Below are positions 19,669-30,200 of a stretch of 64,000 nucleotides of DNA, piece after piece. Positions within the stretch are counted from its first letter, which is position 1. Each line of letters begins with the position of its first letter. The stretch lies in the IMG/VR virus record IMGVR_UViG_3300049004_000016, positions 51,286 to 115,285 of that record; one strand, written 5' to 3'. The DNA comes from a virus (Duplodnaviria; Caudoviricetes). The notes below the pieces were generated by a model. That model saw only the letters and a list, made by a program, of their open reading frames with translations, did not search any database and was not told the origin of the DNA. The position numbers and the translations under genes are program-made.

Positions 19669-21027
19669 ATGCCTAGTGAACTCCAGGAGGCACTGACCAC
19701 CGCAGGGTCAGTGACCCCCTTTATCCCAAAGTCTATTGACCCGGTACTCCTTGAGTACCAGCGTCGGTACGCGCCATTGCTGGCCGCTATCCCAACCAAG
19801 CAATGGAATAGCACCCAGTACTTCTTCAACCGTCGTGTCGCGCGCCCCGATTCCGGTGGTGTCGTTGACGGTGGTGCTAGGCCGATCGGTAACAGCGTTT
19901 ACGAGCAGGCAGTGTTCAACATTCGCCTGTTCCAGGCCGTGGGTTCGGTGACCGGGTTCGCCCAGACCGTGACTCGTGACCTTGTCGGTGACCTGCGTCA
20001 GATGGAACTTGACGGCACGGTCACCAGCATGATGTGGACGCTGGAGAACACCCTGATCTGGGGTCACGACGGTGCCACAGTCGCCGGTCAGTACCCGATC
20101 TGCTCCGGTCTGGACTACCTGGTGTCCAACTGGGTCGCCGGGTCTGGTTCCAATGCGTTCGTCAACTCCATTGATCAAGCCGGTGGCACTTTCGTGCTGC
20201 GGTACCTGGACCAGTTGATGGACATTGTGGAAACCAACGCCGCGATGCCGGTGGGGTCTTCCCACATGTTCCTGATGTCGCCGCGTATGGCGTCGTCTGT
20301 GTCGCAGGTCCTGATGTCTCAGCAGCGTTTCGAGGCCCCCACCACCACCATTGGTGCCGGCCTGAACGTGCCGACTTACCGTGACGTGCCGATCGTGAAG
20401 ACGTCGTTCCTGTCTCCGCGCGCGAACCAGCAGGGCACCGTCACCACCGGCACCGCGACCACTGGTGGGACGTTGGCCGCTGCCACGTACTCCTACAAAG
20501 TGGCGGCAGTGATCGCGCGGTTCGGTGAGATCCAGGCCAGCGTTGAGGTGTCCCAGGCGACCACCGGTTCCACCTCCACCGTGACCCTGACCGTGGCTGC
20601 ACCGGCGAACATGCCTGATGGTGCTGCCCCGATCCTGTACAAGATCTACCGCTCCACTTCCACCGGCGCGGAGACCCTGCTCGGTGTTGTGGACGCGTTC
20701 GACACCACCGGTGCCGCTGTCACCACCATCACCGACACCGGCACCAACCTGCTCACCAACGGTTCAGGCAACACCGGCCCGGCTGCCTACCAGGGCACCA
20801 ACGTCGGCGCGCTGCCGCGCACTGGGGTCCATGAGGACGTGTACCTGGTGCCACGGGACCCGAACTTCCTTGTTCGCCCCTACACCCGCGACATGCAGAT
20901 CATTCCGCTGTCGCCCACGGTGACCGCCCCGGACACCCTGCCGTTCGCCGTCTTGACGGACACGTGCCTCGCGGTTCGTGCACCCAAGTACGTCGGCCGG
21001 TTGTCCCGTGTGATCGCCAGCCTGTAA
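19669..21027 (+). CDS. major capsid protein with Ig/Fn3-like insertion
   Basis: Position after scaffold; HK97-like pattern; Thr-rich insert ATYSYKVAAV...YKIYRST. Confidence 0.85.
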   Translation: MPSELQEALTTAGSVTPFIPKSIDPVLLEYQRRYAPLLAAIPTKQWNSTQYFFNRRVARPDSGGVVDGGARPIGNSVYEQAVFNIRLFQAVGSVTGFAQTVTRDLVGDLRQMELDGTVTSMMWTLENTLIWGHDGATVAGQYPICSGLDYLVSNWVAGSGSNAFVNSIDQAGGTFVLRYLDQLMDIVETNAAMPVGSSHMFLMSPRMASSVSQVLMSQQRFEAPTTTIGAGLNVPTYRDVPIVKTSFLSPRANQQGTVTTGTATTGGTLAAATYSYKVAAVIARFGEIQASVEVSQATTGSTSTVTLTVAAPANMPDGAAPILYKIYRSTSTGAETLLGVVDAFDTTGAAVTTITDTGTNLLTNGSGNTGPAAYQGTNVGALPRTGVHEDVYLVPRDPNFLVRPYTRDMQIIPLSPTVTAPDTLPFAVLTDTCLAVRAPKYVGRLSRVIASL

Positions 21028-21110
21028 TCCCCACCCGGACTCCCAGGGGGCGTGGCCTACCGCGCTCGGCTGCGCCCCTTGGGTCCATTTCACTGGAGAC
21101 GAGGTTCCTT

Positions 21111-21428
21111 GTGTTCGCTGCCCGTTCAGTGATCATCCCCAGTAATCACAAGGCCGTGGAGTTGACCGCAGGGCTGGACACCACCGGCAAGTACACGATG
21201 CTGGTGCGGTTACGGCCGACCACGACCAGCGGCAACGGTGTGTTCGTCGGTGGGCCTGATGTGGGAATGAACCACGGGTTCCTGCTGTCGAATGACTCCT
21301 CAGTGGATTCAACGATCACCCCCAACCCGCAAGTCACCGCCACATTGCAACCCGGTGAAACAGTGTGGGCCGCCCAATTCACTGGATCCCAACAGATCGT
21401 TGACGTCTTGGTGTATTCCGCCGACTAA
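21111..21428 (+). CDS. virion structural protein (beta-rich)
   Basis: GAGG SD, GTG 21111, within head-tail block. Confidence 0.55.
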   Translation: MFAARSVIIPSNHKAVELTAGLDTTGKYTMLVRLRPTTTSGNGVFVGGPDVGMNHGFLLSNDSSVDSTITPNPQVTATLQPGETVWAAQFTGSQQIVDVLVYSAD

Positions 21429-21444
21429 CAGATAAGGATTCGCC

Positions 21445-21771
21445 ATGGGTGCACCTGCTGTGACCCTCGTTGATGCCGGTGGGTTCCCCGTGTCGGCATC
21501 CAGTTCCGGTGTCGTCGCCGCTGGCGCGGGCACGACCGTTATCAAGAACGGGCCGGGGCGTTTGGGGCGTGTGACCGTCACCGGTGCAGTACCGACCGGT
21601 GCCCTGACGTTCTACGACAATGCGTCAACCGGTTCTGGCACTGTCCTGGCCATTATCCCGGCTAGTGGTGTCACCTCCGGTCAGACTTTCGATGTCCAAA
21701 TGCCAGCAGCGAACGGGATAACAGCCGTGGGCGCTGTTGGTTCCGCTGCTGTGACCGTCAGCTACAGCTAA
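21445..21771 (+). CDS. virion structural protein
   Basis: Gly/Thr/Ala/Val-rich beta protein in the structural operon. Confidence 0.6.
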   Translation: MGAPAVTLVDAGGFPVSASSSGVVAAGAGTTVIKNGPGRLGRVTVTGAVPTGALTFYDNASTGSGTVLAIIPASGVTSGQTFDVQMPAANGITAVGAVGSAAVTVSYS

Positions 21772-21791
21772 ACGGAAAGCGAGATCACGTC

Positions 21792-22127
21792 ATGTCGGTT
21801 TGGTTGAAGAAGCGCACTGCTGGTTCCGCTCCCGGTGTGGAGTGGACCAAAGACGGGGACGTACAGGAAGTCCAGGACGAGGACATGGCCAGAGAACTGC
21901 TGGACCGTGGTGATGGGGAGTTCACCGAGGCGAAGCGCCCGGCAGGTGCCCGCCCCTCCGATGAGGCCAACGCTGATCGTGTCGGCCGGGAGGTCTCAGA
22001 GACCGGGACCGGGAACGCCGCGAAGGCCGACGCAGGTCCGGCGGCCACCCCCGTCAAGGCCACCACTGGTGCCGTGATTCCGGGTGACACCACCACCAAC
22101 CCCACCAGCACCAAGGCCGGGAAGTAG
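21792..22127 (+). CDS. hypothetical structural-region protein
   Basis: ORF in head-tail block. Confidence 0.55.
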   Translation: MSVWLKKRTAGSAPGVEWTKDGDVQEVQDEDMARELLDRGDGEFTEAKRPAGARPSDEANADRVGREVSETGTGNAAKADAGPAATPVKATTGAVIPGDTTTNPTSTKAGK

Positions 22128-22152
22128 CCGCGCGGCGTCCAGGGGGTGACGT

Positions 22153-22815
22153 ATGAGCCTTGACCAACCGATCCCCCTGGCCACCGCAGCCCAATTCACT
22201 GAGGGCCCGTTCGCCAACCTGGTTCAGGGGTTCACCGCCCAAGCACTGACCAACCTGATGCTGACGGCCACCAGGTCGTGTGAGTCGGCGTGTGACCGGC
22301 GGCTGGTGCCGTTCACTGGGCTGTTGGAGACGATGCGCGCGGAGTCCGTCGACGTTGAGGACGCGATCGACGCCTACGTGCCACTGGACCCCACCGCCCA
22401 GCTCGGTGCGTCGCGTGCGGCGTCACTGGGGTCCACGATGCTGGTGCGGCACTTCTGGGTCCGGGAGTACCCACCCCGGTACCCCGAACTGTGGACTGGC
22501 GCGATCCAGTCGATCAACCTTTACCGGTCGTTCGCTGGGCAGCAGGCCGTCCAGCCGTCCACGATGCAGTTCGAGCCGGACACCGGGCACCTGCGGTTCC
22601 AGCTTGGGACGTTCGTGCCCCAGGGCACCACCATCGCCATCGCCTACTCCGGTGGGTACGGCACCATCCCAGCGGATCTGGTGGAGGCTGGTCGGTTCAT
22701 GGCCGCTTCGATCGCGGTCAAGCAACTCGATCCCGTCGACGGCCGGTCCGGGCATGACCCGGATGCGTTGCGCGCTGAGGCGATGGAGATGTTGGCTCCG
22801 TACGTCCGCCGGTAG
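22153..22815 (+). CDS. head-to-tail adaptor
   Basis: ATRSCESACDR, YSGGYGTIPADL, MLAPYVR gp6/gp15-like motifs. Confidence 0.8.
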   Translation: MSLDQPIPLATAAQFTEGPFANLVQGFTAQALTNLMLTATRSCESACDRRLVPFTGLLETMRAESVDVEDAIDAYVPLDPTAQLGASRAASLGSTMLVRHFWVREYPPRYPELWTGAIQSINLYRSFAGQQAVQPSTMQFEPDTGHLRFQLGTFVPQGTTIAIAYSGGYGTIPADLVEAGRFMAASIAVKQLDPVDGRSGHDPDALRAEAMEMLAPYVRR

Positions 22816-22832
22816 GCCAGAGGGGGCGTGGC

Positions 22833-23486
22833 GTGGCCAAACGCAAGGGGCACAAGCTCAGCGCGGCCACCAAAGCGAAGATCTCCGCCAAGCTCAAAGG
22901 CAAGAAGCACCCTGGGCACAAAGGCACCCACAAAGGTCACCCGATGTCAGCGGCGACCAGGGCGAAGATCTCCGCCGCGCTCAAGGGGCGCCACACCGCA
23001 GGCCATAAGGGCCACGCGATGTCCTCGGCGACCCGCGCGAAGATCTCGGCAGCGTTGAAGGGCAAACACCACGCCGGGCACGCGATGTCAGCAGCGACCA
23101 AAGCGAAGATCAGTGCCGCGCTGAAAGGCAAAACCCACAAGGGCCACCCGCTGTCCGCTGCGTCACGGGCGAAGATCTCGGCTAGCTTGCTGGCCCGCCA
23201 CGGCCGCACAACCCCGCTGCATCCCGTCAACCACACACCGGGGGCGAAACGGGCACGGACCACTCACCACGGGACCAAGACCGGGGCGCACAAGCAAGCG
23301 TCGCTGCACCGTCCAGCGCACCCGAAGTCCCGCACCGGTGGGCGTCGCGGGCTGATCTCCGCGCACACCCGGCGTCACCTCAAGGGGTTCCTGCACAAGG
23401 GGATTCGCCATCACCGTCACCGTCCGGTGTTGCGCCGCCGTGCGCGGGCTCACCGGGTGTGGAAGCGACGGAGGCGGTCACGGTGA
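22833..23486 (+). CDS. extremely basic protein with five NUMOD3-like repeats
   Basis: Five HxxSAATxAKISAxLKG-type repeats, Arg/His-rich tail, no Asp or Glu in 217 aa. Confidence 0.75.
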   Translation: MAKRKGHKLSAATKAKISAKLKGKKHPGHKGTHKGHPMSAATRAKISAALKGRHTAGHKGHAMSSATRAKISAALKGKHHAGHAMSAATKAKISAALKGKTHKGHPLSAASRAKISASLLARHGRTTPLHPVNHTPGAKRARTTHHGTKTGAHKQASLHRPAHPKSRTGGRRGLISAHTRRHLKGFLHKGIRHHRHRPVLRRRARAHRVWKRRRRSR

Positions 23487-23775
23487 GGTCCCCGATGGTC
23501 TCCGGGGTGTGATCCAACGGCTGAGGGTTCTCCGGCAGCGGCTGGTCACGCCACTCATCACGATCGGTGATCAACCTGTCCACGTAGTGGGGGTCCAGAC
23601 CGGTCGCCCGGACACCAACGAACTGGACTTCCCCACCGGGGTTGAGCCCTGACACGTAGGCCCACGTCATGGCCTCAGCAAAGGTGTCGGCTTCGGTGTT
23701 GAGCCCACCGAGCCACTGAGGCCCGTCAGGGTGCTCGGTGTCGACGAAAGACATGTGCCAGTAGGTCCGTGTCAT
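23380..23775 (-). CDS. hypothetical protein antisense within structural operon
   Basis: ATG 23775; MTRTYWHMSFVD...GLNPGGEV globular-looking sequence. Confidence 0.5.
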   Translation of the reverse strand: MTRTYWHMSFVDTEHPDGPQWLGGLNTEADTFAEAMTWAYVSGLNPGGEVQFVGVRATGLDPHYVDRLITDRDEWRDQPLPENPQPLDHTPETIGDLTVTASVASTPGEPAHGGATPDGDGDGESPCAGTP

Positions 23776-23808
23776 CCGATGATCGTAGGCAGTAACGAGG
23801 AGGAACCG

Positions 23809-24072
23809 ATGGCCAGCGAAGACAACGACGCCCACCCCAACCCTGGTGCGGTCGGTCACGAGCACCAGGTGGCTGTCCACGCCGGGTATGACCAGGAGAC
23901 GGAGCTGGAGTTGGCCCGGCGTGCCACCGCTGAGGGCCTGATCGGTGACGGGGGCGACAAGGACCCCGAGGGGTACCCCGTCCACGCCGGGCACGCGCAC
24001 GTCGCGGGTATCGACGGACCCCAGGATGGGGAGTCGGGCGTTGACGACGACACCGGCCACAACCAGGACTGA
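23809..24072 (+). CDS. small acidic His-rich protein
   Basis: GAGGAGG SD; Asp/Glu/His/Gly-rich 87 aa. Confidence 0.6.
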   Translation: MASEDNDAHPNPGAVGHEHQVAVHAGYDQETELELARRATAEGLIGDGGDKDPEGYPVHAGHAHVAGIDGPQDGESGVDDDTGHNQD

Positions 24073-24143
24073 CCTAGCGAGCGACGGCCCGATCCTCCCC
24101 TACTCCGGGGGTCGGGCCGTCGCCGTACCCAGGGGGTGATCGG

Positions 24144-24635
24144 GTGAACACCGCTGACGCGTGTGATCGGGAAGCGGCGTGGCTGTCGACGGCCGGTGAT
24201 GGCCTGCCGACGCTGCCGGCCACCGCTGGTGGCCCCTTCGGGTTGATCCAGGCTTACTGGCCCCGGACCCCCGGTAAACGCAACGCCGGGCAGTTGTATG
24301 TGCTGCGCAGGACGATCGAGGAGAAGCGGTTCGCTAACCAGCGGCGCATGGCCACCCACCACCTGGTGCTCAAGCTGGTATGGCCGTTGACGTCCGGGTC
24401 CGGTAACGCTGAGGCCGATCAGCGTGGTTTCGATGCGGCGATCGATCTGGTCATTACCCGCATTGGTGGGTTCGTTGGTGACAAGACCCACGGTGGCCGG
24501 TTCCTGTCGGTCGCTGAGGGCGACCACTCCGGTGTGACGGTCCATTTCGATGACCCGGCGTCCACGTTGCCACCGGGAGCGGAGTTCCGCGCGGAGATCA
24601 TGTACTCCGCTGATGATCAAGACTTCACTGGCTAG
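24144..24635 (+). CDS. tail terminator / tail completion protein
   Basis: Position upstream of tail tube; DKTHGG motif. Confidence 0.65.
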   Translation: MNTADACDREAAWLSTAGDGLPTLPATAGGPFGLIQAYWPRTPGKRNAGQLYVLRRTIEEKRFANQRRMATHHLVLKLVWPLTSGSGNAEADQRGFDAAIDLVITRIGGFVGDKTHGGRFLSVAEGDHSGVTVHFDDPASTLPPGAEFRAEIMYSADDQDFTG

Positions 24636-24704
24636 CTCGTTTCACCCCCCATTCCCACCCGGTGCCGCCGGGTGCTCCCGCGCGCTCCCGGAAGGCGAAT
24701 CGCC

Positions 24705-25007
24705 GTGCTCCAACGAAACACCAGCGGATACCCAATCGGACTGCCCACGCTCGGTCTTGGTCGCCAGATCCACCCCGGTGAGGACTTCGACCACAAGGAG
24801 CGCCTGGCCGGGTTCACCCCGGTTGATGAGTTGGACCAGGCCGAAGACACCGACGCGCAGCCGGACGCCGAAACCGAGCCCACCAGCGACCAGGACGCCA
24901 CCGCAGCCAGCGACGACGCACCGCAGCTCGACGCGCAGCCGTCACCGGTGGCAGTCGACTCCATCCCCGTCCGCGACACCACCGAGCAGCACGCCGAGGA
25001 GGCGTAA
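24705..25007 (+). CDS. acidic hypothetical protein
   Basis: GGAAGG SD; precedes tail tube. Confidence 0.5.
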   Translation: MLQRNTSGYPIGLPTLGLGRQIHPGEDFDHKERLAGFTPVDELDQAEDTDAQPDAETEPTSDQDATAASDDAPQLDAQPSPVAVDSIPVRDTTEQHAEEA

Positions 25008-25010
25008 CCG

Positions 25011-26180
25011 ATGACCGCCCTTTCGCGCCTCGCGCACCTGGGTATCGCCAAGGAAACCGTGATCGGCACCTACCTGGCGCCCACCGTGTTCGTGCCGTTC
25101 ACCAAGGCCGACTACGAGGACATGTACACCGAGATCAAAGACGAGTCGATCCGCGCGAACGACTCGGTGTTGCAGGGCATCTACCAGGGCCCCGTGGAAG
25201 CCGACTGGTCGATTGACCTCATGGCCTACCCCGACGTTGTCGGCCACTTCCTACGCGGCTCCATCGGCCCCGACACCGTCGCGACTGGGGTGTCCACCAC
25301 CGTGGCCACCGGCGGGTCAGCGATCGGCGCCACCACCCTGCCGTCCACGGCCACCATCCCCGCGCTGTCGTACATCAGCGTCGGCACCGGCGCCACCCAG
25401 GAGTACGCCTACGTCACCGCAGTGTCCGGTGCCGGCCCGTTCAACCTGACGGTCACCACCGTGGTCGGTCAGGCCATCGGTTTGACCAAGGCCCACGTCG
25501 CGACCGAACCGCTCGTGTCCCAAACCACCCACACTTTCAAGCAGTCACCGTCAGCGGCCAAGGCCACGTACTCCCTGACGGTGTACGACACCTCCAGCGG
25601 CACCCCGACGCTGGGGTATGTCGGTGCCGCGTTCTCCGATGTGGGATTCAAGATCGACCCCAAGGGCTCGGTCAGCCTGAACACCAAACTCAAGGCACTG
25701 CCAGGGGTAGCCCAGTCCACCCCGACACCGACCTACACCGCGCTGCCGCCGGTACTGGGTTGGCAGTGGGTGATGACCAACGCCGGTGGTGCTTCCACCC
25801 GTGGCCTGTCCCTGGATTTGAGCATCAAACGCGCGGTGGAGGCCATCCACTCCAGCAACGGGTTGCAGGCACCACGGGAGATCTTCCAGGGCGCCCTGGA
25901 TGTCGACGGCACGTATAAGGCGATCTTCGAGAACCTGACGGACCTGAACCTTTACACCAACTACACCCAGACCCCGACTACCGCGACGCTACTGCAACCA
26001 GCGGTGTTCGGTGGCGCTTCCCTGGCGTTGAACCTTTCCCAATCAGGGTGGTTCAAAGGAAAGCGTGACCTCGGCTCCGCATACGTCCAGGCGGCATTCA
26101 GCCTGGCCGGTATTTACAACGCCACTGACGCCGGTTCTGTCAGCGCAGTGTTGAAGAACTTCCAAACGGCCAGCTACTGA
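25011..26180 (+). CDS. major tail (tube) protein
   Basis: LGIAKET...THTF...SLTV tube pattern with an inserted beta domain. Confidence 0.85.
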   Translation: MTALSRLAHLGIAKETVIGTYLAPTVFVPFTKADYEDMYTEIKDESIRANDSVLQGIYQGPVEADWSIDLMAYPDVVGHFLRGSIGPDTVATGVSTTVATGGSAIGATTLPSTATIPALSYISVGTGATQEYAYVTAVSGAGPFNLTVTTVVGQAIGLTKAHVATEPLVSQTTHTFKQSPSAAKATYSLTVYDTSSGTPTLGYVGAAFSDVGFKIDPKGSVSLNTKLKALPGVAQSTPTPTYTALPPVLGWQWVMTNAGGASTRGLSLDLSIKRAVEAIHSSNGLQAPREIFQGALDVDGTYKAIFENLTDLNLYTNYTQTPTTATLLQPAVFGGASLALNLSQSGWFKGKRDLGSAYVQAAFSLAGIYNATDAGSVSAVLKNFQTASY

Positions 26181-26218
26181 GCTGGGTCGTCCCTTTCGAG
26201 CGCAAGGGGTGATCCCTG

Positions 26219-26695
26219 ATGGGTTACGCCAACACCGTCGTGCATATGGACTTCTCTGACCTCAGCGAAGACCCAGTGGGCGATCCGATCTGGATTTCGG
26301 TCCGCAACTTCAAAATGATGAGCCCCGGTGAACTGGCGCCACGGGACATCCCGCTGGACGCTGACGGCAAACCGAAAGACCCAGAGCAGGCACAGCAGGC
26401 CATGTATGAGGTCCTGGCCAAGACAATCATCGGGTGGCGTGTGTATGACGCCAACTCCCTGGCAGTCGACCCCGAGACCGGCACCCCGCTACCAATGCGG
26501 CGACTGGAATCACCCCCGACACCAGCACGGGTGGCGTGCCTACCCGTGGAGATCATCAACCGACTGTCGGACGAAATGGCCAAAGCAGTAAACCCTCCCT
26601 CGGACTCGGCGAGCCCTATTACGAAGACGTCATCCTCGTTGCCGAGTCCATCTACGACGGAACTTGGGGAGGCGGGGCAGTCCCTGGCGAGCTGA
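26219..26695 (+). CDS. tail assembly chaperone G
   Basis: Between tube and tape measure; IIGWRVYD. Confidence 0.8.
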   Translation: MGYANTVVHMDFSDLSEDPVGDPIWISVRNFKMMSPGELAPRDIPLDADGKPKDPEQAQQAMYEVLAKTIIGWRVYDANSLAVDPETGTPLPMRRLESPPTPARVACLPVEIINRLSDEMAKAVNPPSDSASPITKTSSSLPSPSTTELGEAGQSLAS

Positions 26696-26853
26696 TCGAC
26701 TTCGAGTTGATGCGCCAAATGAGGTGGTCCTGGGCGGAACTCCAGGCGTGCCCGATCTATGTGCGCCGGTACGTGTGGGACTTCCTGGAGATCCGGGCAC
26801 AAGCCGAACGCGACGCCGCCGAAGACCAACGCCGGAGGCACCGTCATGGCTGA
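26219..26853 (+). CDS. tail assembly chaperone GT (frameshift product)
   Basis: Overlapping -1 ORF 26536..26853 entered via the slippery site. Confidence 0.65.
26590..26596 (+). other. programmed -1 frameshift slippery site A AAC CCT
   Basis: In-frame X XXY YYZ heptamer; -1 frame open to 26853 encoding ELMRQMRWSWAELQACP. Confidence 0.65.
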
Positions 26854-27292
26854 GTTGCTGCCTGGTGTCCTGCCGGCCATGTTGACGCGGATCGCAGCGG
26901 TCAGCGAAGTGAAGTCCCGGTCGGCGTTGACTGCCGTCGCGTTGGCCGTGGAGAAGCAAGCGAAGATCAACGCCAGTAGTGGTCAGCACCGGCGTGGCAC
27001 CAAGACACCAGCGTCACGGGGGTCCGGTCCGGCCCGGATCTCCGGGACGTTGGTCAGGTCCATCACCCACACCCCTGCCGTGATGGGCCTGTCGGGGTGG
27101 GAGACCCGCGTCGGTGTCGCCGATGGGTTGTTCTCGCCGTACAACCACCGAACCCAGTCCAGCACCTACGGGAAGTATTTGGAAACCGGGTTACGCGGCG
27201 GGGGCACATACCCATTCCTGGGACCGGCTTTCCACATGGTGTCCAGCATCTCCATCTACACGATTTTCAAGGCTGTGTTCTCGCTGGGCTAA
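26846..27292 (+). CDS. HK97 gp10-like tail component
   Basis: GGAGG SD; PARISGTLVRSI...YGKYLETG...YPFLGPA. Confidence 0.75.
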   Translation: MAELLPGVLPAMLTRIAAVSEVKSRSALTAVALAVEKQAKINASSGQHRRGTKTPASRGSGPARISGTLVRSITHTPAVMGLSGWETRVGVADGLFSPYNHRTQSSTYGKYLETGLRGGGTYPFLGPAFHMVSSISIYTIFKAVFSLG

Positions 27293-27295
27293 TGG

Positions 27296-30200
27296 ATGGG
27301 GGCTTGCCGGGTCATGCAACTCGATGAGCTTTACATCCTGATGCGGTTGGACAACCAACAGGTTAACGCCGGGTTCGTGGAATCCGGTGCCGCTGGGGAC
27401 GCCATGGCCGTCCAGGTCGCGACCGCGATGAAGGAAATCGAAGCGTCGGTCGCGAAGGTCGCCGAGTCCACCCGCATGGTGACCACCGCCGGTGACGAGA
27501 TGGCAGTGGCGTGGGAACGCGACATCGCCGCCATGCGCGCCGAGACAGCCACCCTGGCTGAGGGCATGGCCGCAGCCGAGGCCAAGGCCACCGCCAGCAC
27601 CGCTGAGATGTCCGCAGCGATGGACGCCCAGGCAGCTAAGAGCTCCGGTCTAGCGGGGGCACTGGGCGTCAGCAACGCGGCCCTGATGGGTGCTGGTGTC
27701 GTCGCGGCTGGTGCCGGCATCGAGTTCGCCAAGATGGCCGGTGACTTCAACATGGCCACCACGCGGCTAGTCACGTCCGCTGGTGAGACCCAATCGAACC
27801 TGCAAATGGTTCGTGACGGCATCCTGGCCATGGCGGGGTCGGTTGGTTACAGCTCCGATGAGCTGGCCGCTGCGATGTACAAAGTGGAGTCCGGTGGCCA
27901 GCACGGCGCTGCCGCGCTCAAGGTCCTCCAGGCAGCAGCCCAGGGCGCTAAGGCCGAAAACGCTGACCTGACCACCGTGTCGGATGCCCTGACCAGCGCC
28001 ATGGTCGACTACAAAGTGCCGGCGGATCAGGCAGCCACGGTCACCAGCAAACTGGTCGCGGCGACAAGCCAAGGCAAGATGACGTTCGAGGAACTAGCCA
28101 GTTCCATGTCAGCCATCCTGCCGGTGGCCTCAGCGAACCACGTGTCGCTTGACGACATTCTTGGTGATCTGGCGAGCATGACGGTGCACGGCATGTCCGC
28201 GCAGCAGGCCACACAGAACCTCGCCGACGCTATCCGGCACATGGCGGCACCGACCCAGGTGCAGGCCAAGGAACTGGCCTCCCTCGGTATGAACGCCACC
28301 GAGGTGTCCAAGTCACTGGGCGCTCAGGGCCTTTCCGGGACCATCAACGAGATCTCTAACCGGATCACGTCACAAATGGGTCCTGACGGAATGGTCGTCC
28401 TAAACCTGACTAACGCACTGAAAGGAATGTCACCGGCGGTCCAGGACCTGGGTGCGAAAGTGCTTGACGGGTCCATGTCGATGAAGGACTTCACTGCCTC
28501 AGCCAAAGGCATGGATGTTATTAACGCCAAGCAGGTGACTAGCTTCGCCGCGCTTGCCGGAACAATGCACGGTATCGGGACCGAAGCGAAGTCAGGTGCT
28601 GACGTCTACCAAACGTATTCCCAGGCCATGCAAAGGGCCATGGGTGACGCCACCGGCATGAACGTGGCGTTGATGATCGGTGGGGAGAACGCCACCACCA
28701 CCGCCAACGCCATCAAGGTGGTGTCTGGGGCGACCGCTGACGCCAGTGGCAACGTCAAGGGGTTCGCGGAGATCCAGCAGGAGTTCAACTTCAAACTGGC
28801 AGCAGCCAAAGACGGGCTCGGTGCCCTGGCCATCAGCATCGGCGAGAAGCTACTGCCGGTCCTGACCCCCCTGGTGGGGATGCTGGCGACCGGCGCCACC
28901 TGGCTGGCCAACCACCAAGCGGCGGCCACCACCCTGGCGTTCATCATCGGTGGTGTCCTGGTCGTCGGCCTGGTGGCCGCCACCGTGGCCACGTGGACAT
29001 GGTTCAGCGCGCTGATGGCGACCAACCTGGCGCTGATCGGCATCGAGGCACCGCTGTGGATCGTGATCGGTGTCGTCGCCGCGCTGGGGTTCATCGTTTA
29101 TGAGGTAATCCAGCATTGGCAAGGGGTCGCGGACTTCTTTAAGGGCCTCTGGAAAGACGTTGTCGCGGTATTCGATGGCGCCAAGAACCTGATCTTGGCA
29201 CCGATCCATGCCATCGAGGGGGCATGGGACTCGTTCGTCGGTGGGTTCACCAACCCGGCAGCTAAACTGGCCGACTCGGTGAAGGGCTTCGACCGGTTCT
29301 TCCTCGACATGGGTGCGTCCGTCAAACGCGGGTTCGATGCGGTTCTCAAATTCTTCACCCAATCACCGGCCCAAATGGCATTCGAGTTGGGTCAAGGTCT
29401 CGGTAAGGCGACCCGCGCTGTGGTCGATTTCGTCACGTCACTACCACAGAAAATGGGGAACCTGGAGCATTTCCTGGTGCAGAAAGGCAAAGACCTCCTC
29501 ACCGGGATGCTGCATGGCATCGAAGACGGAGGCAAGGCTGTTGGCTCGTTCTTTATGGCCCTGCCAGGTAACGCTGTCCGTTGGGTTGGCAACGCCGAGA
29601 GCTGGCTTGTGCAGAAAGGCAAGGACGCCCTAATCGGGATGTGGCACGGAGCCGAAGACGGCGCACAAGCCGTTTGGGATTTCATGAAAGCACTGCCCGG
29701 TCACGTCATTGACTTCTTTGTGGCCGCGCCGAGCTGGCTTTATGACGCAGGAGCTAACATTCTCAAGGGGTTGTGGAACGGCTTTACCGGGTTCGTTGGG
29801 ACCGTTTATGACGGTATCAAGAACTTCATCAGCAACTTCATCAGCGGGTTCATGTCCGGTTTCGCGATGTCGTCCCCCTCCCAAGTGATGATGAACATCG
29901 GTGGGAACATCATTCAGGGCCTGTGGAATGGTGTAGTGGAACGGTGGAACGCATTCTGGGGCTGGGTCGGTGGTATACCCGGCTGGATCGGCAACATATT
30001 CAGCAACTCGGCTAGCTGGTTGATCAACGCCGGATACAACATCGTGGTGGGTTTGTGGAACGGCATCGCGTCCGGGTGGAGCTGGCTTAGCGGTCAGGTG
30101 TCCAACCTGGCCAGCTCACTGCTCGCCACAGCCAAGGGCGCGCTGGGGATCTCCTCACCGTCGAAGCTGTTTGCCACTGAGGTCGGTGCGTGGATCGCAC

